From contig OZ218778.1 in the NCBI GenBank assembly GCA_965112635.1, positions 2,560,001 through 2,624,000 on the forward strand: a stretch of 64,000 nt of DNA, written 5' to 3'. Below are positions 55,911 through 64,000 of the stretch, piece by piece (positions within the stretch are counted from its first letter, which is position 1; each line of letters starts with the position of its first letter). Both the position numbers and the translations under genes were made by a program. The notes under the pieces are model-generated. The model was not told where the DNA came from, searched no databases, and was given only the letters and a program-made list of their open reading frames with translations. This DNA is from an uncultured bacterium. GTDB lineage: Bacteria; Oederibacteriota; Oederibacteriia; Oederibacteriales; Oederibacteriaceae.

Positions 55911-57473
55911 TTATTTATTCTTTTCCATCCAGTCTTTTAATTCTGCATTACCCGGATTCCAAAGCAGACTCTTATTATAGCTGGAGAAAGCCTCAGATTT
56001 CTGGCCTTTGCGCAGATAACAATGTCCCAAAACCTCGTAGGACTGCCACATCGTATCGTCATTATCGATACTATCCAATAAACTGGCTACGGCACCATCG
56101 TAATCCTTTTGCTGGTAAAATTTCAAACCTGTGGAATACAACTCTATAGCTTTCCTTCGGTCAATCAATTTACCAGTTGCAGTGGTAGGATGCTCAACCT
56201 TCCATTTCTTCAACCATTCTGAAAGCAGAGGATTGTTGGGATCTAAAGCCAGGGATTTTTCATAAGCAACAATGGCTTCTGTAAATTTATTCTGTTTAAG
56301 ATAAAGATCGCCCAAGAACTGATAGGTCATGGCAAAATTGGGGTTTAACTGTATAGACTCATTATAAGAATTTAATGCTTCTTCATCTGCGCCCTTTTGG
56401 AAAAAATCTACCCCTTGTTTTAAAAGATTTTGGGCCTGAACCGCCTTTTTGTTTTCTTCCTCTTTTTTCTTAGCCGTAGCTACTGCTTCAAGAGAAGGGG
56501 TTGGCGTTGGTTTGGCTTGCGGGACTTCAGCTCCTGCAAAGGCTAAATTAATTGAAATATGCTGAACATTTCCCAAATCTCCCATAGGAATAAATGAATA
56601 ATTTATTTCTTGATTCATTGCACCAAAACCTAAACCAAAAGTTGCCCCAGTCATACCCCCCAAAACATTAGGCATCCATTTATAACCTCCCCTGAAATTG
56701 ATGCTTGAGGTATTTAACAAAATGCTGTATTCCGCGCCCCCTTGAATACTTAACCTCGCATCGGGCACTTGATAGTCTGCTTCGGCTCCAATAGTAATAA
56801 TATTATCATTACCATTGATGACCCAGGAACCCCCACCCCGTCCGGTCGTTGGCAATGGAGATTCCTGACTAACATATTTCATTTCTCCTATCCCAACATT
56901 CTGTAAAGCCAAACCCAAACATAGAGGACTCTTCTTCGCCTTGAGCATTACCCCAACATCAAGTGCAAATACTGTACTCACAGTATCTGCGATCTGCTCC
57001 TGCACCACCTTAAGATCACCACCAATACTAAACCTGCTCCAAAGCAAACGTGAAGCGCCTATTGAACCCGACCAGTCCGCATTTGAAAATTCACCTCCTG
57101 CCAGACCGTTGATGTCTCGATACTGATCACTCGCCGATAAGTAAAATAAATTAATACCAAAACCACCCGTGTCATAAGGGGAAGCAAAACTGAAGTAACC
57201 GCCTCCCATTAATTGATATAAATCGATATATTCGACATCGATCCTTCCGCCAGTCAACATACTTAATCCTGCTGGATTATAAACCATAGTATTAGCATCA
57301 TCAGGTAATCCGACAAAAGAGTCGGCCATGCTTGTAGGTCTGGCCCCTAAACCTAAACGCAGGAAATTGGCGGCACTATTGCCGGAATCTGCGCGGGAAA
57401 AAAGAGGGAAAAAACACAAAAAGCAAAAGAAGATACCAAAATTAAATAGAAATCTATTTATTTTTCGGGCCAT
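55911..57473 (-). CDS. PorV/PorQ (FadL-like, UPF0164) outer-membrane barrel fused to C-terminal TPRs
   Basis: Signal peptide; hallmark FLRLGLGARPTSMA...DDA...YNPAGL; beta-strand-rich body ending MGDLGNVQHISI; PTPTP linker; two TPR blocks. Confidence 0.8.
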   Translation of the reverse strand: MARKINRFLFNFGIFFCFLCFFPLFSRADSGNSAANFLRLGLGARPTSMADSFVGLPDDANTMVYNPAGLSMLTGGRIDVEYIDLYQLMGGGYFSFASPYDTGGFGINLFYLSASDQYRDINGLAGGEFSNADWSGSIGASRLLWSRFSIGGDLKVVQEQIADTVSTVFALDVGVMLKAKKSPLCLGLALQNVGIGEMKYVSQESPLPTTGRGGGSWVINGNDNIITIGAEADYQVPDARLSIQGGAEYSILLNTSSINFRGGYKWMPNVLGGMTGATFGLGFGAMNQEINYSFIPMGDLGNVQHISINLAFAGAEVPQAKPTPTPSLEAVATAKKKEEENKKAVQAQNLLKQGVDFFQKGADEEALNSYNESIQLNPNFAMTYQFLGDLYLKQNKFTEAIVAYEKSLALDPNNPLLSEWLKKWKVEHPTTATGKLIDRRKAIELYSTGLKFYQQKDYDGAVASLLDSIDNDDTMWQSYEVLGHCYLRKGQKSEAFSSYNKSLLWNPGNAELKDWMEKNK

Positions 57474-57576
57474 ATTTCAATAATTTCCCTCTAAGGATAT
57501 ATTAATAGATAATAATGATGTAAATAATAGCAAAAAGTTTACCCTAAGCAATAAAAGGAGGAAAAAATATATATCC

Positions 57577-58947
57577 CTAGAAAGGAGATGCTATTCCTCG
57601 GGATTTGATATCCGCTCGCAAAAGTCGCAAAGATTCTCCAACAAGGTAGAACGAACCGGTAATAACGACAATCTCATTATGTTGTGCTTTCTTTTTACAC
57701 CATTTTATGGCACTTGAGACATTGGGAATTACTTCAATGTGCTCAAAATAATTTCTAATTATCTGAAATAGCTCATTGGGCAAGTAAGAACGTACGTTTG
57801 GTACTCGGGTAATAACCACAAATTTAGTTATAGTTCGTAAGATTTTAGCTATAGCATAAGCATTTTTATCCCTTAAAAGACCAAAAATCAGCTTAATAGC
57901 TCTTCTAGGAAATACCTCCTTAATTGTTTCACAGAGTGCAGCTATTGAAGCTACATTATGCGCCCCATCTAAAATGAATAGGGGTTGTCTGCCAATCATC
58001 TGAAATCTTCCTGTCATCCTGAGTGTTCGCCAACCCGAAAAACAATCTGCCTTCATCGTGATCTTTTTCTGTTGTTTAAGAACCTCCAAAACATCCATGG
58101 CCACAGCGGTGTTATCGACTTGATGCTTTCCTGGCAATCCCACATTAACTTTTATTATTTTTCCTTTTATTTTCCTAAAAGAACACTCTTGAAACGAACC
58201 TTTCAATTCCCTAAATACAACATGGAAGTCCTTGTCGGACCGATGCATCCTGCTGGTCTTCTCGGTACATTTTTTCTCTATAACTGCCATGACCTTACGT
58301 GTCTGCTTTGCGCAAACTAAATCAACTCCAGGCTTAATAATGCCAGCCTTTTCTTTGGCTATTGCCTCAATCGTATTGCCTAGTTCCATAGTATGGTCCA
58401 AACTAATCGGTGTTATAACACATATCTCGGGTAAAACAATATTGGTCGCGTCTAGTCTCCCCCCCAAACCAGTTTCCATCACGGCCCACTGGACATTCTC
58501 TTCTGCAAAAAACAAGAATGCTATAACTGTTAAAAGTTCAAATGTTGTAGGCGTCGCCGTAAAAACATCTTGATAATCACCTAATATTTTCTTAATACTG
58601 TTTGTAAACCAAATAAAGGCAGACTCTTGGATCATGATTCCTTGAGATTGGAACCGTTCTCTAATATTCAGAACATGCGGAGATAAGTATAGACCTGTTT
58701 TACATCCACAATGCATTAGAGCATTAGCCAGCATTGAACATATAGAACCCTTACCTTTTGTGCCAGCCACATGGATGACTTTTAATTGTAAATGTGGATT
58801 GCCAAATAATTGAAGGAGTCTATTCGTAACGTTAAGATTAAATATATTCTTTTGATAGCCAACCTTACTTATTTTTTCATAATTTGCAAAACTATCGAGA
58901 TAAGTTACAGCATCATTAATATTATGAATCTTGCCAATCGTTTTCAT
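57577..58947 (-). CDS. folC: Folylpolyglutamate synthase / dihydrofolate synthase
   Basis: HVAGTKGKGS, SPH, ETGLGGRLDATN, DH..ELG, LDGAHN, GSFYLVG; likely ATG at 58947. Confidence 0.93.
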   Translation of the reverse strand: MKTIGKIHNINDAVTYLDSFANYEKISKVGYQKNIFNLNVTNRLLQLFGNPHLQLKVIHVAGTKGKGSICSMLANALMHCGCKTGLYLSPHVLNIRERFQSQGIMIQESAFIWFTNSIKKILGDYQDVFTATPTTFELLTVIAFLFFAEENVQWAVMETGLGGRLDATNIVLPEICVITPISLDHTMELGNTIEAIAKEKAGIIKPGVDLVCAKQTRKVMAVIEKKCTEKTSRMHRSDKDFHVVFRELKGSFQECSFRKIKGKIIKVNVGLPGKHQVDNTAVAMDVLEVLKQQKKITMKADCFSGWRTLRMTGRFQMIGRQPLFILDGAHNVASIAALCETIKEVFPRRAIKLIFGLLRDKNAYAIAKILRTITKFVVITRVPNVRSYLPNELFQIIRNYFEHIEVIPNVSSAIKWCKKKAQHNEIVVITGSFYLVGESLRLLRADIKSRGIASPF

Positions 58948-59059
58948 AATAAACACCCTTGGGTTTATAGTGACTTGACAAAGAATCATTAATGAGAAAA
59001 GAAAGGCCTAAAATGCTCATGCTAAAAAATGCTATCAAGTAAAATAGTAAATTTATTAT

Positions 59060-59674
59060 CTATTGATGGGAGTTGCGTCCCTGCGATTGGCTCGAATAAC
59101 TGATTCCCTGCTGCCTGCAAATAGTCCTTATTTTTGACTCCTTATCCTTCAAGGCGCTGATCTTCTTCCTATCCTCATCAATGCCTTTTTTAAATTTAAC
59201 TGCTTTCCCCTGCAGCAGCTTCATATCCTGAATCTTTTTTGCAATAAATTTATTATCTTTTCTATTCTCTAAATAATAATTTCGCAACTTATCATATTTC
59301 TTTTTAAATTCCTGAAAACTTTTTTGGGCAGTCTCAAATCCGTTCAAAAAAGAATGATAGTTTTCGTTAAAGTTATTGACCTTTAAATTCAATTCCTCAT
59401 TCTTCATCGCTAATTTCAAATTTCGCCCTGTTGTAAAATGTTTAATAATTTCATCAGCATTAGTTTTTGCTTTCGCCCCTGACTCCCCACCTGCTTTCAA
59501 TAACGCTAACGATTCGTCAACAATCTTTTTCACCACTGAAATATTCTTAATGAAGTCCAAGGATTCTTTGTCTGGGGTGGCGGTTTTCTTTGACTTCGAT
59601 AAGACTTCTGATGAAGGGTAAAATAATAAACAAAGAATAGCAGGAATGGTTATTAAAACCCGCGGCAATCTCAT
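59060..59674 (-). CDS. Hypothetical exported, basic coiled-coil protein
   Basis: Hydrophobic N-terminus, Lys-rich helical body; fits the gene packing. Confidence 0.55.
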   Translation of the reverse strand: MRLPRVLITIPAILCLLFYPSSEVLSKSKKTATPDKESLDFIKNISVVKKIVDESLALLKAGGESGAKAKTNADEIIKHFTTGRNLKLAMKNEELNLKVNNFNENYHSFLNGFETAQKSFQEFKKKYDKLRNYYLENRKDNKFIAKKIQDMKLLQGKAVKFKKGIDEDRKKISALKDKESKIRTICRQQGISYSSQSQGRNSHQ

Positions 59675-59696
59675 GCCTACACACCTTGGCTGGTAA

Positions 59697-60930
59697 TCAT
59701 TGATGATTTGTTATTGAATTAAATAAAGGACGCCCAAATTTAGTTTCCCCAAAATGGTCAATCAAACCTTGAATTTCATCGGCGGAAAAAAATATGTCTA
59801 ACTGCACCCCCACCTTGGCAATTGACCTGAGGAAATTTTTCGGGATTTGGAACTAGAATATAATACTCATTGGCCATTAACGGAGCATTCTCAATAAAAA
59901 CAGAGAATTTACCTTTCTGGCTATAAGCTAAGAAAAGAGATTGATTGACAATTAAGTATGCCCTTTTCTTATAGGCCAGCACTAAAGCGTCTTGCATTCC
60001 AGACTTGGCCTCAATATACCAGTTACCTTTGGGTACAACATTGGCCCTTTGCCAGATTTCTTTTTCCATTAAACAATCTCCAGAATCATCTGCCCTGGAA
60101 ACAAAGGGAGCTTTTACAAGGTATATTTTTCTCAAGGCAATATCCACATCAGATATTTTTGCTATTTTGGCAGGGTCTTCTTTGGGCCCTACTAAAAGAA
60201 AGGGGTCGGAAATTATCTTCCTGCTTGATAAAGCAATGCCGGAGCTTGTGGCTTGTGCAATTTCTGGCTGCCAGTTTGTAATCATTGCAGCTAATTTCCC
60301 TTTCATAAATAAATCCAAACTGGCTGAAGACTCTTGGCAAATTGGTTCAACAAGAGTTGAATATTTCTTTTCAAATAAAGCTATTAAAAGATTAATCATT
60401 TTGGTTTCACAAAGCTCGCTGCTAACACCAACCCTCAAAACTTCTCCCTGCAGAGAAACATTCTCTGGTTTTTCGTTAATAAATTGTTGAAGCACATCAG
60501 GCGTTGCTGTTGGTAAAGGCTTTGTCTTTTTCTTTGACTGGTTAGTTTTAGCATGTTGGGGCTTATGATTTTCCTTGTTTTTTTGTAGCTTGGGAAGAGG
60601 AGGTTCAGGCAGTTCCAATGCGGGAGGCTTTGGGCTTACAGCGTTCTGATTAGGGGCTGATATATTTGAAGTTGTGGAAATATCGATCGCCGAAGCTTTC
60701 TTCATTAATAGATCGGGCATTGGTGCTTCTGGTAAATTAACCGACGCACCTGGGGTTGGAGTAACCGTAATAAGCGTTGAATTACTCGGGGTAATGGTGC
60801 TTTGAAAAGCGGAAGAATCTCCTCCGGGTTCATTAGCAGTTTGGGTAACCTGACCTATACCATCTGAAACAGTCATCAATAAAAAAATAAAAAATGATAA
60901 TCCAACAAAATATACTTTTGACGTCATCAT
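59697..60930 (-). pseudogene. Divergent TupA-like periplasmic binding protein with a Pro/Thr-rich N-extension; frameshifted near the 3' end
   Basis: FLLVGPKEDPA, FVSRADDSG, WYIE..SGM, N.Y..L..NPEKFPQVN. Removing one base in the C5 run (59807..59811) or the nearby A7 run restores the TupA-type ending DEIQGLIDHFGETKFGRPLF, with stop at 59697. Confidence 0.7.
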
Positions 60931-62084
60931 TTAGAAACCCCTGGTATATTCTTTGTGTTTTGTTTTAAAAGATTAAGTATCGCTTCAAACACCGATTCGG
61001 GTTTAATCAGTTCCATACAATGTGGCTTCTTTTCACAATAATGCAAATAACACGGCGAACATTGAATAGGGCTTACAATCTTGACTCCTCGTCCATATGT
61101 CAAAATCTCATTTGGTGTTGTAGGACCAAATAAAGTTACCGTTAATTTTTTTAATGCAATAGCTAAATGCATCGCCAGCGTATCACCCGATACGATTAAA
61201 TGGCAACAATTTAAAACAGCGGCAAATCTGCGCAAGTTGTTATTATAGCCTGTTTCCAGAATAGGTACTTTACAAATTTTCTTTAGGTTTTCGATTCCTT
61301 CCTGTTCCTTACCAGACCCAAAAACTAGGATTGTTGCTTTTAATTTTTCGTTCAACATGTCAACAAGAAAAGCAAATTGTTCAACACCCCAGGATTTATG
61401 TGCGAAAATGCTTCCCGCACCAGGATGGATTCCTATTACAAGTGTATTTCCTGATATTTTATTTTGCTCTTTAAATCTTTCGCCTACTGCTATCTCGGAC
61501 TCTGTCAAATGGAAAACATACTCATCTTGGTCAAAAGAAAGATTTAATGTTTCGAAAACAATTTCCTGGTAACTTTTTTGATTAATTTTGAACTTCAATT
61601 CATCGGAAATACCTAAAGCAAATGAATAAGAAGCCTCAGGGTTGAGAGGATAGGGATTCCCTTCTTCATGCATACCGTATCCAAACTTTTCCTTGGCTTT
61701 TATAAGAGTGGCCAGACTGGTTCCCCTGAGCTCTTTGTCTAAAGATATCACTACATCAAATATTTGCAATTGTAAGGACATAACAGTTTCAAGATCATAG
61801 GAGAAGAGCCTATTGACATAAGGATTCCCCTCCAATAAATCTAACGACTCTTTTGATGTTAACCAACAGATGTAAGAACGAGGATATTTTAATTTTAGTT
61901 TAGGCAAAATAGCCGTAGTTCTTAGCACGTCACCCATAGCCCCTAACTTAATGATCAAAATCCTTTGCCCCATAGGAGCATAATGAGGACAGCCCTCGCA
62001 AAATAGATGGTAATGGCAAGGCTTCTCGCCTTTGAAATAAACGCAATCATAATTATAAAAAATTGCCTTTGAATAATCTTCCAT
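60927..62084 (-). CDS. GT9 ADP-heptose:LPS heptosyltransferase family protein with Cys-rich termini
   Basis: IIKLGAMGDVL, IHPGAG, K.W, SGDT..MHLAIAL, LFGPT, CSPC. Confidence 0.88.
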   Translation of the reverse strand: MEDYSKAIFYNYDCVYFKGEKPCHYHLFCEGCPHYAPMGQRILIIKLGAMGDVLRTTAILPKLKLKYPRSYICWLTSKESLDLLEGNPYVNRLFSYDLETVMSLQLQIFDVVISLDKELRGTSLATLIKAKEKFGYGMHEEGNPYPLNPEASYSFALGISDELKFKINQKSYQEIVFETLNLSFDQDEYVFHLTESEIAVGERFKEQNKISGNTLVIGIHPGAGSIFAHKSWGVEQFAFLVDMLNEKLKATILVFGSGKEQEGIENLKKICKVPILETGYNNNLRRFAAVLNCCHLIVSGDTLAMHLAIALKKLTVTLFGPTTPNEILTYGRGVKIVSPIQCSPCYLHYCEKKPHCMELIKPESVFEAILNLLKQNTKNIPGVSK

Positions 62085-62189
62085 CTTAACCCCTGTTCAA
62101 TCACTTCAAAATTGAAACGAATTCAATTTCTTTATATCTTATCTTAATCCCTTAATATCTTTATACTAATTTACATTCTTCCCAACCCC

Positions 62190-63998
62190 CTATTCGACAA
62201 ATATTTCATGAGGTAATATCTCTCTTGGGCCATCAGGAGATTTCCAAAAAACCTTAAAATATAGAGGAAAGTTGACCACTTTGGATTTTAAAGAAATATT
62301 ATGCATCCCCTTTTTTAGACTTACCCATCCCATACGGTTATTATTGATGACAGGTTTTTGGTCAACAAAAAGCCAACTTTGTTCATCTGTTTCAAGGTCA
62401 AAACTATAATTCCCATCTTTCTTGACCTGTATTTTCCCTTCCCATTTTACCGACAAGGGAATCCCCCAAGGCAAGTTCGTTAAATATAATAAAAAAGGGT
62501 CTCGCACCTCCAAATCTGGCGCTCCTTTCCAATCTTGATTTTTAAAATATTCAGCTGTGATATAGTGACCATCCCAGATCGTACTTAATACATTCTGGGG
62601 GACTACAACAAAACCAACACTTTTTTCATTGGCCCCAACTGCTCGCATCCACTCAAGTGCCAAGCTACTTTGAATCTGATTTGAAATTGTTACTTTTATG
62701 CGATGCATTCCTTTTTGCAACAACACTCCACGGGAATCCGCAAAGGTTACCCGTTTATCGTCAAGCCATAGCGTGTTCTTATCATTTCCTTTTATGCGAA
62801 ACTTATAAATACCGAACCTTTCACAATATATAAAGCCCTCCCATTCAACTGAAAAAGGCCTGCCAATTTTCTCTTTTTCCCAATCAAAAACAAAATATTG
62901 GTCAAGGCGTTCTAAAAATGGCTTCCGGGAAGAGCCAGGTTTTCCTTTAAAATACTTCCCCATCAAACCCTGCTTTTTATTAAACTCCTCCTTTGGCACA
63001 AGATATGATTTACAAAAAATATCGCCCCTAAGATCTTTATAATCCTTTTCTTGACCTCCAGGATAATATTTCTTTAATAGATCAATAACAGGAAAATAAT
63101 GGGCATTGAAATAAAAGATAGAATCCCGGTTAGGCTGATCATGAATGGGAATATTTTCAGTAAAATCAAGCCACTGTGTTTCACAATTTTGCCCTGAGGT
63201 GAGAAAGTCTAACGATGGGTCGCCAAAGAAATTCATCGTTAAATATGCTCGCGCCTTGTTACCATGCCAGGCAACATCCCTGCTAATCGAGGTTCTATCC
63301 CCGGCTTGGTCGCCATAAACAGACATATTATTGACTTGGTTAAAAAATAATATCTTAAAGTTTAAAACAGCGATAATGCAAACTAAACCAACACCAAAAA
63401 GGCTAAAGACTTTGATCCCCTTACGGGGTAAAAGATAAACCATATTGGTTTCTAGTGATTCAAGAAAAAAACCAACAAATAACGGCGGGAGAGGCAAAAC
63501 CGCAACTGCGTGTGCAAATCTTGGGTTATCTTTTGCAAAAATTGCTGGTAAAAGAGCGATCAAAAACCAAGAAAGACAAAAGAAATACCGTTCTTTTCTC
63601 CAGTTAAAAATAGCTAGAAACAAGCCAAAAACAAAGAAAATGCCGGCTACAAAATCTAAATAAGGTTGATTGGGCAAATTTATCCATCCAAGACTATCCC
63701 CATTGTTGTTGAACATAAAAAACTCTCTAAAACTATTTCCAAAAAATATACTAACAGATTGCAGCCAGGTGCTGCCGCTTGTAATAGTTCTACCGAGGAT
63801 CTGCCCCCAAAATACCCCGGGATTAACATAAAGAAAGTAAATCATCGGACCAGTAACAAGTAACACCAGAAGAGTCACGAATAATATCGCTCGTGAATGC
63901 TGCCCCCAAAAATGTTTATTTTTTAGACTTAAATAAAAGGCTATAACACACAATAAAATAGGAAAAACTTTCGCTGGCACATAGGTATACAAACTGAG
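62190..63998 (-). CDS. GT-C (ArnT/PMT-like) membrane protein with two C-terminal PA14 domains; 5' end outside the window
   Basis: Frame is open to the window edge (LSLYTYVPAK); multiple TM helices; PA14 motifs GLMGKYF, FSVEWEG.I, G.Y.F, LSVKWEG.I, KGMH.I. Confidence 0.75.
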   Translation of the reverse strand, partial: LSLYTYVPAKVFPILLCVIAFYLSLKNKHFWGQHSRAILFVTLLVLLVTGPMIYFLYVNPGVFWGQILGRTITSGSTWLQSVSIFFGNSFREFFMFNNNGDSLGWINLPNQPYLDFVAGIFFVFGLFLAIFNWRKERYFFCLSWFLIALLPAIFAKDNPRFAHAVAVLPLPPLFVGFFLESLETNMVYLLPRKGIKVFSLFGVGLVCIIAVLNFKILFFNQVNNMSVYGDQAGDRTSISRDVAWHGNKARAYLTMNFFGDPSLDFLTSGQNCETQWLDFTENIPIHDQPNRDSIFYFNAHYFPVIDLLKKYYPGGQEKDYKDLRGDIFCKSYLVPKEEFNKKQGLMGKYFKGKPGSSRKPFLERLDQYFVFDWEKEKIGRPFSVEWEGFIYCERFGIYKFRIKGNDKNTLWLDDKRVTFADSRGVLLQKGMHRIKVTISNQIQSSLALEWMRAVGANEKSVGFVVVPQNVLSTIWDGHYITAEYFKNQDWKGAPDLEVRDPFLLYLTNLPWGIPLSVKWEGKIQVKKDGNYSFDLETDEQSWLFVDQKPVINNNRMGWVSLKKGMHNISLKSKVVNFPLYFKVFWKSPDGPREILPHEIFVE

Positions 63999-64000
63999 AC

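Noticed and set aside
1-64000. tRNA, rRNA or IS elements
   Set aside because: The intergenic spaces are short; none showed a cloverleaf, rRNA-like sequence, transposase or terminal inverted repeats by eye.

Overview
Chromosomal window from a diderm, probably anaerobic bacterium (lpxI, a GT9 heptosyltransferase, outer-membrane barrels, a RACo-type corrinoid activator). I found no rRNA, tRNA, CRISPR array, IS element or prophage. Housekeeping content: purC, rpoZ, nrdR, folD, argB-argD-argF-argG-argH, xerC, a split methionine-synthase module, dgt, rpsP-khpA-rimM-trmD-rplS-rnhB-yraN and folC. The main theme is a surface-protein system with three parts. (1) Three large exported proteins share the layout head domain + 220-235 aa strictly alternating (T/S)-X stalk + T9SS-like C-terminal domain, and two of them carry a near-identical tail cassette. 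(2) A PorV/PorQ-like barrel is fused to TPRs. (3) A polyprenyl-phosphate-sugar/GT-C glycosylation cluster (DPPR synthase, ALG5-like GT2, PMT-like + DUF2298 proteins, three NHL proteins) appears co-transcribed with the rpsP operon. Other points: a 23-bp hairpin-forming tandem repeat that supplies the mscS stop codon, a candidate attenuator upstream of argB, two single-base frameshifts, and a steep GC decline across the window. All annotations come from motif recognition by eye; no database searches were run.
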